DNA of 64,000 nt from contig OZ251233.1 in assembly GCA_965240325.2 (NCBI GenBank), positions 62,001 through 126,000 on the forward strand. The letters are read 5' to 3'. The notes under the pieces were generated by a model. It did no database searches, was not told the DNA's origin, and worked only from the letters and a program-made list of their open reading frames with translations. Positions 11,201 to 20,710 of the stretch are shown here, one piece after another. Made by a program: the position numbers and the translations under genes. Position 1 is the stretch's first letter; each line of letters begins with the position of its first letter. This DNA comes from Rebecca billardiae RCC1528 (Eukaryota; Protista; Haptophyta).

Positions 11201-14200
11201 CTGGCCGCGCGCGCGGGCTCGCACGGCGGCGGCGGTGGCGGTGGGGCCGCACGCGCCGCGGCAGGCGCCGACGCGGAGGCCGCTGCTGCGGCGGCAGTGC
11301 CCGAGGGCGCGCCCTCTGCCCGCGAGGCCGACAGCGACGACGACGGCGCCAGCACACAGCCCGCTGATGAGCCCGGCGCACTCGGCGGCGCGGCGTGCGC
11401 GCAGCGCGACGGCCGCGGCGGCGCGGAGGGCGGCGCAGCGGCGCGCGCGGCCGGCGGCACGGACGCACCGCCCGAGGCCGCTGCTGCGCGCGAGCCGCTG
11501 CCGCCGCCGGGCTCGTGGCTACCCGCCGGGCGCGCGGCGCTGAGCGCGGGCGGGGGCACGGAGGGCGCGGGCGCAGCCACAGAGCCGCTGCCAAGCCCGA
11601 CGCCGCCGCGCGCTCGCGCCGCGCCGCGCGCGCGCGCGGCCGGCGGCGGGGCGACGCCGACGCGCGGCGTGCGGACGCTGAGCGGCGCGCTGGGCCAGCC
11701 CGGGGCAGTCATCGACCTGTGCGCCTCCTCGCCGCCCGCACGCGCCAGCCCCACCGCCCCAGGCCACCGCGCAGCAGAAACCGATGCCGACGCCGACGCC
11801 GACGCGGACGCGGACGAGGACGCGGACGCGGATGCGGGCGCGCTGCCCGCGCCGCGCGGCGGCGGTGGCGAGGGCGGCGGCGCGGCGGCGGCAGCGGTGG
11901 GCGGCGCGCGGCGCGCTGTGCCGCCGAGCCCGGCGCCGCTGCCGCCGCCGTCCCACCGGCCCAGCCCCCGCCCCAGCCAGCAGGCCACGGAGGTCGACCC
12001 GCTCGCGGCCGCAGAGGCGGCGGCCGCCACGGCCGCCGCGGCCGCGGCCGCGCACGCGCGCGCCCTCGCAGCCGCAGCGGCGGCGGCGGACGCGGCGTGG
12101 GCGGCGGCGCTGGGCACCGATCGGCCCGGCGCGCCGGCCGGGCGCGGCGGCTGGGGCGCAGCGGAGCGCGCGGCCGAGCGCGCCGCTGCGCAGGACGCGG
12201 GCGCGGCGGGCTCGGCTGACGCGCCGAGGCGTGCGTTGGGCGCTGCGCCGCAGCAGCCGCCGCAGCCGCAGCCGCAGCCGCAGCCGCAGCCGCAGCCGCA
12301 GCCGCAGCCGCAGCCGCAGCCGCAGCCGGAGGCGGAGGCGGAGGCGTGGCTGGCGGAGGCGGAGGCGGAGGCGCTCGGCTTCGCCGACGCGATGACGCAG
12401 CCCCTGCCTGGCTCCGAGGACGTGCTGCCGCCTCCGCCCCCAGCCAGGGCCCCGCCCCAGCAGCCCAACGCCCACGCCCGCGAGGCGCTCGAGGCGCGCG
12501 GGGGCGCGCGGCCGCGCGGGGCGCGCGCGGGGCAGCAGCGCGCGCGCGGCGGCTGGGCGGGCGGCGGAGGCGGGGACACGGAGGAGGGTTACCTGCTGGG
12601 CGGCAGACCCGCGGCCGGCGGCGCGGCTGCGGCGAGCGCCGCCGCCGCGCGCAGGTCCGCCGCAGCGGGCGCCGCCGAGCCCGCGCACCGCGCACCACTG
12701 CCGCCCGCGCGCGGCGCGCGCGCTCTCGCGCCGCGCGCGCGCAGCGCCGGCGCCGGCGCCGGCAGCCCCGAGAGCCGCAGCCGCTCGCGCTCGCGCAGCC
12801 GCGGGCGCAGCACGGCGCGCTCGTCGCCGACGGCCACGCCGTCGCCGCCCACCGAGCCGCCCGCGCGGCCGGCGCCTGCGCCGGCGGGCGCGGCGCGCGG
12901 CGCGCCCGGCGCTGCGGCCGCGCCGCCGCGCGGCGCGCGCGCGGGCGGCGGCGCGGCGGGCGGCCGCGCGGCCGCGCCCGCCGGCCAGGCGGCGCGCCCC
13001 TCGCCCCCCGCGCGCACGCCGCCCTCCTGCGCGCGCGAGCCCGGCCGCGAGCGCTCGCCGCGCGCCGCGCTGCCCACGGTCGCGCCGTGGCCGGCTGGGT
13101 GGCGGCCGGGCGTGCGGCACTCCAAGTGTGTGCACCGGGGCTGCACGCTGTGCCGACGCAAGGCGTGGGCGGCGCTCACGCCCGCGCAGCGCGCGGCCGT
13201 GCTGCGCTCGGCGACGGGCGCGCCGCCGCCGCCGCGCGAGCGCTGCAGCGGCGGCGGCGAACGCGGCGAACGCGGCAGCGCGCGCGCCGAGCGCGCCGCC
13301 TCGGCCGCGCCGCCCGTGCCCGGCGCGCGCGCGCGCGCGCCCGCGGCGGTGGCCGGCTCGGCGGCGGCAGCAGCGCCGCCGCCGCCGCCGCCGCCGACAC
13401 AGGTCGAGCCAGCCGGCGGCGCGGCGGAGGGCCTCGGCCGCGGCGCGTGGCGGCGGCGGCGGCGCGGCTGCGCGGAGTGCGGCTTCAGCGGCCGCGGCTG
13501 CGACGCCTGCCCCGCGCGCGAGGCCGCCGCCGAGGCCGCCGCGCGCGTCGCGCTCGCCGCCGCGCCGCCGGCCGCCGACGCCGCCGCCGACGCTGCGCGC
13601 GCAGCGGCGCGCAAGCGGGCGCGCGCGCCCTCGCCGCCGCGCGCCGCCGCCGCGCGCAAGCGGCCGGCCGCGGCCGCGGCCGCGCCGAGCGCCACGCCGC
13701 GCGCCGCCGGCCGCGCCGCCGCGCCCGCCAAGCGTGCTCGAGACGCGACGCCGCCGTCCACGCCGCGGCCGCGCGGCGGCGCGCGGCGCGAGGCGCCGCC
13801 GCCGCCGCGCGCGAGCGCCGCCGCCGCGCGCGGCCGCGCGGGCGGCTCGCCCTCCCTGCCGCTGGCCGGCGTGTTCGCGCTGCTCACGCGCTTTGGGGCC
13901 GATACTGGCGCGCACTCCGCGCTGTCCGCCGCGCGCGCCTCGCTGCGCGCCCTGGGGTGCGTCGAGCTGGGCCTGGACGAGGCGGAGTGCGCGCTCCACT
14001 GCGCCGCGGAGGGCGGCGCGGAGCTGAGCCAAGCGCTGCGCGCGGCGGCCGAGGCCGGCGGCGGCGGCGCGGAGGCGGGCGGCAACGGCGGCGCCGACGA
14101 CGCGGGTGCGTCGTGCCGCCGCTGCGCGCCGTGCTCGGTGCGCGTGCCGCTGGGCCGCACGCTCGTCGTCTCGGGGCCGGAGCGCGCGGCCACACTCAAG

Positions 14201-14983
14201 GTCTGGTGGGCGCTGGCCGCGGGCGTGCCTGTCGTGAGCGCCGCGTGGCTCGGCGCGTGCGAGGGCGCGGGCGCGCGCTTGCCGCTCGCGCCCTACTTGC
14301 TGCAGCCGCCGCACGCGCCGCTGCCCGCGGCGGCGCGCGGCTCGCGCGCGCCGCCGCCGCCGCGCCGCCGCTCGGCGGACGGCGCCGACGACGAGGGCGC
14401 TCCGAGCGCGCCCACGCTCGGCGCGGACGGCTGGCGTCTGGCGGGGCACCCGGTGCTCGCGCCCGCCTTCGCAAGCGTCGCGAGCGCGCCCGCGCCCGCG
14501 GCGCGCGGCGGCGCGCTCGGCGTGCGCGCGCGCCCGCCCGCGCCCGGCACGTGGGCCGCGCGCCGCCGCGCGTACGAGCAGCTCGCGCGCATGGCGATGG
14601 GCGCGCGCGGAGGCGGCGGCGCGCACACGCACGCGGCGCTCGAGGTGCGCGGGGCGGCGTGGGAGCCGTCGGCGGCGCGCCGCGCCGCGGCCTCGGCCGA
14701 GCCGCGCGAGGCCCGTGCTGCCGCTGGTGCTGCCGCGCAGCTGCTGCTCGTCGAGAGCGCCGAGCACTGCGCGGCACAGGCGGCGGCGCTGCGCGCGGCC
14801 GCGCCGCCGGGCGCGCGCGCGCCCGTGGTGCGCGACTTGGGCTGGCTGAAGGCGGTGCTCGCGCGGCAGGCGCTGCTGCCGCACGAGCTGGACGGCCAGG
14901 ACGGCGACAGCGAGGACGACGAGCAGGCGGGGGCGGAGGGCACGCCGCTCGGCTCGGAGCGCTGCTGCTCGTCCGACTACTGA
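8252..14983 (+). CDS. Large Ala/Pro-rich protein with C-terminal BRCT-like domain(s)
   Basis: 6.7-kb open frame. C-terminal LAGVFALLT...ATLKVWWALAAGVPVVSAAWLGAC and VVRDLGWLKAVL fit the BRCT consensus. In-frame introns are not excluded. Confidence 0.7.
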   Translation: MDPPPRGDDGESAGEPEVYSAGLGALRAAQTTLAALDHAAVDRGTLPSHLKSTLSRTPRAERAERSRPTPPSHAPSHSPRDAERRAARDGPAIEPTGTGGPRADTADAPHARARARALADALEACAHTRTQAAVAAEEAAAPTAAAAEPCGEDEWTEGGGACALGFCLGAESASLDYGGWPHTTGGEGEGEGEGGGGGAAAVEAGVAGSGPPAVGPAGTQLLPGSGSDAPPAADTPPQEAAAPAAAAARAQAAPAAPAAPAPGGARSAERPPSAGTAAAMTPGAQAGAVHAREADAACAVLPPPRPQMPASAAAPLASPRPPAQQPQQPQQEPPQPQPQPQPQQPQPQPQPQPQQPQPQQQPQQQPQQEPQQEQPQPQPQPQPQPQPQPQPQPQPQPQPQPQPQPQPQPQPQPQPHGRSPAAAPPPTAPVAPSPSAARFLPSLLSGSPRTLDVSPAAQPAPTPSAPSAARDGGSGGADRAEGQHAPPGRGAGPRSAPTPLADDATPGGARYGRAFAPPSLDGAPCTAAATAAATPARATQPSAAARPAGAPGAEQHGTEGGPSAAAHPGGGACASGHAPGAPAAAGGGGSAAAAEGAERAPPAAPSAPSLAAARSPRLHHAADAADAASPDAASPDAASPDAASPDAASADAAPACEGERAAGRAGDAAPAAPAAPAISALGPLWPSPDAQAAPPYPYPDSLGAAPPSAPGPVPAERRASGGADGCARASAEVGRLGPGPGPSPSPSPSLTEQWGRARQRSLLSPGAEEAEAAEAAEEGPFSLARPEEAGAAGAAGAADAAGPEAGPEGGRGGARPHGAAGGARAGARQGAGAADAAALAADGAAAAAAAELPPPSQPPPSPLASEGTQHGARGGGARCLCPATLSATPAPSPAAARAAPLSLLPAAAAGRAAALGAAPAAGHEPSAACGALAAGCAAERAAVEILAAATPPPASLGLTEGAEGAEGTTEWPPLLPPTPHPPPLAARAGSHGGGGGGGAARAAAGADAEAAAAAAVPEGAPSAREADSDDDGASTQPADEPGALGGAACAQRDGRGGAEGGAAARAAGGTDAPPEAAAAREPLPPPGSWLPAGRAALSAGGGTEGAGAATEPLPSPTPPRARAAPRARAAGGGATPTRGVRTLSGALGQPGAVIDLCASSPPARASPTAPGHRAAETDADADADADADEDADADAGALPAPRGGGGEGGGAAAAAVGGARRAVPPSPAPLPPPSHRPSPRPSQQATEVDPLAAAEAAAATAAAAAAAHARALAAAAAAADAAWAAALGTDRPGAPAGRGGWGAAERAAERAAAQDAGAAGSADAPRRALGAAPQQPPQPQPQPQPQPQPQPQPQPQPQPEAEAEAWLAEAEAEALGFADAMTQPLPGSEDVLPPPPPARAPPQQPNAHAREALEARGGARPRGARAGQQRARGGWAGGGGGDTEEGYLLGGRPAAGGAAAASAAAARRSAAAGAAEPAHRAPLPPARGARALAPRARSAGAGAGSPESRSRSRSRSRGRSTARSSPTATPSPPTEPPARPAPAPAGAARGAPGAAAAPPRGARAGGGAAGGRAAAPAGQAARPSPPARTPPSCAREPGRERSPRAALPTVAPWPAGWRPGVRHSKCVHRGCTLCRRKAWAALTPAQRAAVLRSATGAPPPPRERCSGGGERGERGSARAERAASAAPPVPGARARAPAAVAGSAAAAAPPPPPPPTQVEPAGGAAEGLGRGAWRRRRRGCAECGFSGRGCDACPAREAAAEAAARVALAAAPPAADAAADAARAAARKRARAPSPPRAAAARKRPAAAAAAPSATPRAAGRAAAPAKRARDATPPSTPRPRGGARREAPPPPRASAAAARGRAGGSPSLPLAGVFALLTRFGADTGAHSALSAARASLRALGCVELGLDEAECALHCAAEGGAELSQALRAAAEAGGGGAEAGGNGGADDAGASCRRCAPCSVRVPLGRTLVVSGPERAATLKVWWALAAGVPVVSAAWLGACEGAGARLPLAPYLLQPPHAPLPAAARGSRAPPPPRRRSADGADDEGAPSAPTLGADGWRLAGHPVLAPAFASVASAPAPAARGGALGVRARPPAPGTWAARRRAYEQLARMAMGARGGGGAHTHAALEVRGAAWEPSAARRAAASAEPREARAAAGAAAQLLLVESAEHCAAQAAALRAAAPPGARAPVVRDLGWLKAVLARQALLPHELDGQDGDSEDDEQAGAEGTPLGSERCCSSDY
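9221..9497 (+). repeat. (CAGCCG)n coding microsatellite, poly-QP
   Basis: Long hexamer run; a second run lies at ~12251-12327. Confidence 0.95.
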
Positions 14984-17683
14984 GGCTGAGCGCAGCGCAT
15001 GGCGATCATCGATATATTGACTGACGCCGTGTATCAGAATCAGTTAGGCCTGTTTTATTTCTACGAGAGCCCAACGGCGACATTCGCCAAAACCGGGTAA
15101 AATGGCGGCTTGCCCGCTGGTGGTGGGTTCCGGCGCGATTGCGGAGTAGGGATGGCACGTCGTTGGCGCATGTTCGTACTAGGGCGCTGAGCTGCAGCGA
15201 AAGGTGTTACCAAGGCATGCTGCTTAGCCTTGCCATGGTGCTTCGCCATGACACAGAGGTCACTCGCAGCGCACGGCGGTGTGACGATCGCCGCGCCGCG
15301 GCGGCAAACCGCAGTTGCGGGCGCGCTGCGAGCTGCAAGCACTCTGCCTTGGCTGCGTCGCGCCCGTGTCAGTTGTTGAACCAGGATTGTTGAACAACCG
15401 ATGGGCTGCAAACGATACCAGCTACACTCGCTCCGCCGCCACTTCCTTGTCGAGCGTGAGATGCTTCCGTTGCGTGCGCTCGCATGCAGCTTGCCGCCTG
15501 CATTTGAACGTGGTCACGGCAGGTTGGTGGGCTGGTTGCTCAGGCCTCCTCGGCGTAGATGACGACAGGGTGCGTGCCACGCGCACCCATGACGCGGGAA
15601 AGGCGTGCACACGCGTCCTCGCGCATCTGGCAGGCTGCAGTCTTGGCCAAGATGATGCCAGAACAAGCCTGCCAGTGCCTCGCCGCGCGGGCGCGAGCGC
15701 GCAGAGAGATCTGGCTTCTGACCCGTGCTCTTCAGTGTACCTCGTGTGCGACGACGACGAGGCGGACGAGCGCCGCAACTGGATTCCTGCACTCACCGGT
15801 CACCGAGGAGTGCAGGAATCGCATTCCTCGCGCACGCCGGGGCCGCCATCGGCCGTGAGAGGTACACTGAACGGGGCGTGACACCGATTCCCACTGGGGC
15901 ACGGGTTTGTCGCCGTGACATAGTAAATGGAATCTGGTAGAAATAAAACAGGCCGCTAGCCGAGTGACGAATCGTGGTATCCTGCTGGTACTATAGCAAC
16001 CGTATAGCTAGCAGCATAGGCAGGCACTGCTAGGCAGCAGCGCGCCAAGGGCCGTAAGCGCGCCTCGCACCACCCGAACTCTGAAGGCGGACCGTGCCCC
16101 TGGTATCGGCGCAGATCTGGCCCTCGACTCACGAGGCACGAAATCGAATGCCGCGCGGTGTGACGCACTGTCAACTGTGCCACTCGCGTGCCCGCGGGTG
16201 CTCCGACGATCCGGCGGACGGATCACGCGGCGCCCGCCCGGCGGTCCAGTAGTCTCACTCTCGCGTCTCCGCGAGACCGGCTCAACAACCGACAGGCGAC
16301 ACCCCCTGGCCGACGATCCGTCCCCCTGCGTGAGGCGGCTCCGGGGTCCGACAGGCACGGGCAGGGGCCCGGCCCGGCCGCGAATCACCCGCCGCGGTCT
16401 CCGAGTCAAGGCGCGACTCATGCACCAATGCAGCTGCTGACACGTCGTCGTGATGGTCATCCACTCGCACGATGACGTGAACGGCAAGACAGGCAGGCGC
16501 ATGCGTCCGTGTCGACCGCCATCGCCGGCGTACGAGGCGGTGCGGGCTCCAGCGCCTGGACCAGCGTGCGCGTTTTTTTAAAAGGTGCAGCGCCGCGAGG
16601 TGGCACAATATTGAAAGTTGAGACTCGACTTTGTCATCAATATACGTTTTGACATTTTGGACCGCTGCCGGCGACGCTTCGTCCACGTTCCCCTACAGTT
16701 TGCACTTTGCGCAGCCGATTGTTCCGGCAACAGACGGGGCAAGGACGGGGAGAGCTCATGATCAGAGCTGCAACTTCCCCAGGTGCAGCGACTGCAGCCG
16801 CAGATTCTTCTGCCGAGGCGCTGGGTGCGAATCCGCATCTGCCGCCGAACTCGCGGTGCCAGCCCCTCGCCGTGCGTGGCGGCATGCTCGCCTTCGCGCT
16901 GCCGTTCGACGTGGAGTCATCGCTGGCGTTCAATGGAGCCGATCCGTCGCACGAGCGCCAGCCGTTCAAACCAGCCTCGCTGCCGACGCGCGCCGCCGCG
17001 CGGCCCGCCGTGCCGGCCGCCACGAGGCCGCCGCCACACTTTGCGGTTGCCGAGCAGCACGTGCCGGCAACACAGCCCCTCGCGGGCTCAGCGAGCATCC
17101 AACGATCGCGGAGCTTCTCGGACGGCATGCATTGGCGTCTCGCGGCGGGCGAGCGCGACAACTGCGCGCTCGTCCGGGCTGCTGACGGCTTTGTGCAGCG
17201 CGCACACCGCGGTGACTTGTAGCCACGACTGCATGCGCACCGACGGTGGCTGGGCGCGGCATGTCGCATCGGCGAGGGAGAGCCGTGCGACGTGGCGTGG
17301 CAATAGGGGCATACTTGACCACGTGCGCGCGCTCGATCTGGCGCGGCGGGGACGATTGTCGCAGGCGGCTTGGCAGGCGCGCTGCACGTGCGCGACGACG
17401 ACGAGCGCCCCGAGCGGCTGCGGCACTGATGCAGTGTGCGAGGGCCGTCAGCGCCGCGCAAGAGGAGCTGGCTCCGGTGCGCCGATCCATGGGCCGCGTC
17501 CTTACATGTCACCGCAGTGATTACCGCGCGCACGGCATCAGACAACGAATCGCGCTGCTGTCTGTGGCAGTGTTGACTGTTGTGATGCCTCGGCTGCGGT
17601 GCTATCACTTATCAGTATCACTACTGCTACTGATCAGTGATCAGTTCAGCTCATAATGAATCGTCATAACGACTATATCGTAT

Positions 17684-19166
17684 GGCGGGCCGTAGGTCCG
17701 CCCCTTGTAGTGCCCGGGAAAAAGATAAGAAAAAGAAAAGGAAAAAAGAAAATCGCCTCGCAAAGAAAAGAAAATCGCCTCGCTCACTGCCCAGGCCGGG
17801 TCGCTTCGCTCACTACCGGGCGCCCTCGCAGCTCCCACTGGGGACGCTCGGCCGAAAACCATATGGCGCCTGGCGCGGAGCGCGTGGGCCGCGCGCGCCG
17901 AATCCAACGCCGGCGCGGACATCGCGCGGGGATTCCCGAACGGTGTTTTCGCCCGATTCGCGATTGCTGCCCTCGTCGTCTCGCGTGCAGGTCGAACGGG
18001 CGCTAAATCGACGCGTTTGGAGCGGTACGCTCGGCGCGTCGACACGATCGTGCGACCTGGGGCGATCCTCGCCCGACGTGCACGTCGAACGCTCGCACCG
18101 GCCATAGCACCAAGCGCTGCGCACGATGGCCGCCTCGCTCGATTCACCGTCGCGCGTCGGGCTCGGTGCGGAACGGCCCTCATCACGAGGCGTCTCGCGG
18201 GCGGGAAGCGCCATCGCACGCGACGCAAGATTTGGCGCGGCCTTCTGAACACCATAACCGGAATCCACACACCGGACTGTCGCGTGCCCCGGTCCTTGGC
18301 AAGGTCGGGCGCATGCAAATCCGTTTGCTACGATCGGTGGTGTTCCTCGCGAGCTCGCGGGCAAAGATCGCTCGGCGCTCGAGGGCCCACGTCCGGCCTG
18401 CATGGCGCCGACGGTGACCAATGCGACGGAGGGGCAGCGCAAAGCGGCGTACGACGCGCACCGCACGCACCTCCCGGGTTTGCAGCCGTGGAAGGAACCG
18501 CGTCTTGGCGAGTCGGCGGCCCTCGTCGCACAGCGCTATGACCGATCCCAGAGGCGCATCCGCGACGAGCTGAAACGCCGAGCGTGCAACATTGTCGCCC
18601 CATCCTCCACCATGTCACGAGCGCTGCGGGACGAGGCCGACGTCGTGAAGCCAGTGGCACATGCGCTGCGCTTCCTGTGCCTGCTCGAGCAGCGCGTGCC
18701 CACCCTCGATCGCGAGTGGCACACGCTCTCGCACTGCGCGCGCGCGCACCGCACTTCCAGACGACCTAAACAAATGAAACATGACATCACACTCCGCCAC
18801 CACTGTTTAGCTCCGAGGACATTGAACCGTCACCGTCAGGCGTCACAAGCAAGCCGCCGTCGCACGCCAATCAGTTGGCAGTGCGTGCGCGCAGTCGACG
18901 GCTCGGCACCCGGGACTTGACGAGTAGCGCCGAGTGGGTGCACGAATAAATAACACGCGCAATCACACTGTCGGTGAGATCACCAGAGTCATCTGTCGCG
19001 TTATTATTCGTCAGTGAGTCAGGTAGCTCACCATCATCTGTGTGTCGCATTGTTATTCGTCATCCTGCCCGTCAAACCGCTAAATAAAAGGCGCGAACCC
19101 GCTGGGGAAATATTGCGACAGCACTGGCACGGCCCGCCGACCCCCCCGCCCGCCAGGGCAGAGTTT
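17684..19166 (+). mobile_element. Asymmetric-IR element family 1, copy A (non-autonomous)
   Basis: AT|GGCGGGCCGT at the 5' end; inverted ACGGCCCGCC at 19129-19138; ends cagagttt|AT. Shares ~1.07 kb of 5' and ~175 bp of 3' sequence with copy B. Confidence 0.75.
18402..18752 (+). pseudogene. Truncated N-terminus of an unknown element-borne ORF (paralogue at 19975-~20540)
   Basis: MAPTVTNATEGQRKAAYD... versus MASTVTNATEAQRKAAYE... Copy B has a 5-nt insertion near 20110 and extends further in coding-like sequence. Confidence 0.5.
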
Positions 19167-19191
19167 ATATATAGAATTTACTGTACTGAAT

Positions 19192-20710
19192 GGCGGGCCG
19201 TAGGTCCGCCCCTTGTAGTGCCCGGGAAAAAGATAAGAAAAAAGAAAAAGAAAAAAGAAAATCGCCTCGCAAAGAAAAGAAAATCGCCTCCCTCACTGCC
19301 GGGTCGCTTCGCTCACTACCGGGCGCCCTCGCAGCTCCCACTGGAGACGCTCGGCCGAAAACATCAGACGCATGGCGCGGAGCGCGTGGGCGGCGCGCGC
19401 CAAATCCAACGCCGGCGGGGACATCGTGAGAAGACTCCCGAGGGGGGTTTTCGCCCGATTCGCGATTGCTGCCCTCGTCGTCTCGCGTGCAGGTCGAACG
19501 GGGGCCAAAGTCGACCAGTTTGGAAGTACGCTCGGCGCGTCGACACGATCGTGCGACCTGGGGCGGTCCTCGCCCGACTTGCACGTCGAGCGCTCGCACG
19601 AGCCATAGTATTAAGCGCTGCGCACGACAACCACCTCGCGCGATCCACCGTCGCGCGTCGGGCTCGGTGCGGAAAGGCCCTCATCACGAGGCGTCTCGCG
19701 GGCGGGAAGCGCCATCGCACGCGAAGCAAGCTTTGGCGCGGCCTTCTGAACTCGATCGCCGGAAACGGCGCACCGGACTGTCGCGTGCCACAACTTCTCA
19801 AAGCCGGGCGCATGCAAATCCGTTTGCTACAGCTGTACCAGTTCCCGGCCAAGCCGAAGGGCCGGCCCTTGTCCCGGCGATCATCTTTCGCGATCGCGGC
19901 GACGCGGCCAAAGATCGCTCTCAGCTCGGCGCTCGCGGTCCCTCACAGCCGAAAGCCCACGTCCGGCCTTCAGCATGGCGTCGACGGTGACCAATGCGAC
20001 GGAGGCGCAGCGCAAAGCGGCGTACGAGGCGCAGCGAACGCAGCTGCCGTGTCTGTCGCCGTGGCAGGAACCGCGTCTTGGCGAGTCGGCGGCCCTCGTC
20101 GCACAGCGCTACAGTATGACCGATCCCAGAGGCGCATCCGCCACGAGCTGAAACGCCGAGCGTGCAACATTGTCGCCCCATCCTCCACCATGTCACGAGC
20201 GCTGCGGGACGAGGCCGACGTCGTGAAGCCAGTGGCACATGCGCTGCGCTTCCTGTGCCTGCTCGAGCAGCGCGTGCCCACCCTCGATCGCGAGTGGCAC
20301 ACGCTCTCGCACTGCGCGCGCGCGCACCGCCGACAGCTCCTGATACCGCCGAACGTGCGGGTGCCGGACCTGTCGCGCGAAGCGGCGAGCGCCGACGAGC
20401 GCTTGGACCTGGACGCGTTGTTGCGCAGCGTGGCGGCCGTGCACGACGCCGACGCGACCTTCGCCGAGCCCATCGTGCCCGGAGCGGACATCGGCATCCT
20501 CGCGACACACGATTTCAGCTGGCGGCAGGAGGAGATGCTGTCGCGTTATTATTCGTCAGTGAGTCAGGTAGCTCACCATCATCTGTGTGTCGCATTGTTA
20601 TTCGTCATCCTGCCCGTCAAACCGCTAAATAAAAGGCGCGAACCCGCTGTGGAAATATTGCGACAGCACTGGCACGGCCCGCCGACCCCCCGCCCGCCAG
20701 GGCAGAGTTT
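19192..20710 (+). mobile_element. Asymmetric-IR element family 1, copy B (non-autonomous)
   Basis: Same termini and AT flanks as copy A; inverted repeat at 20674-20683; lies in tandem 25 bp after copy A. Confidence 0.75.

Noticed and set aside
15061-17640. Possible decayed gag/ORF1-like relic (KTYIDDKVESQL, Cys clusters)
   Set aside because: Fragments lie in different frames, with no diagnostic motif or termini.
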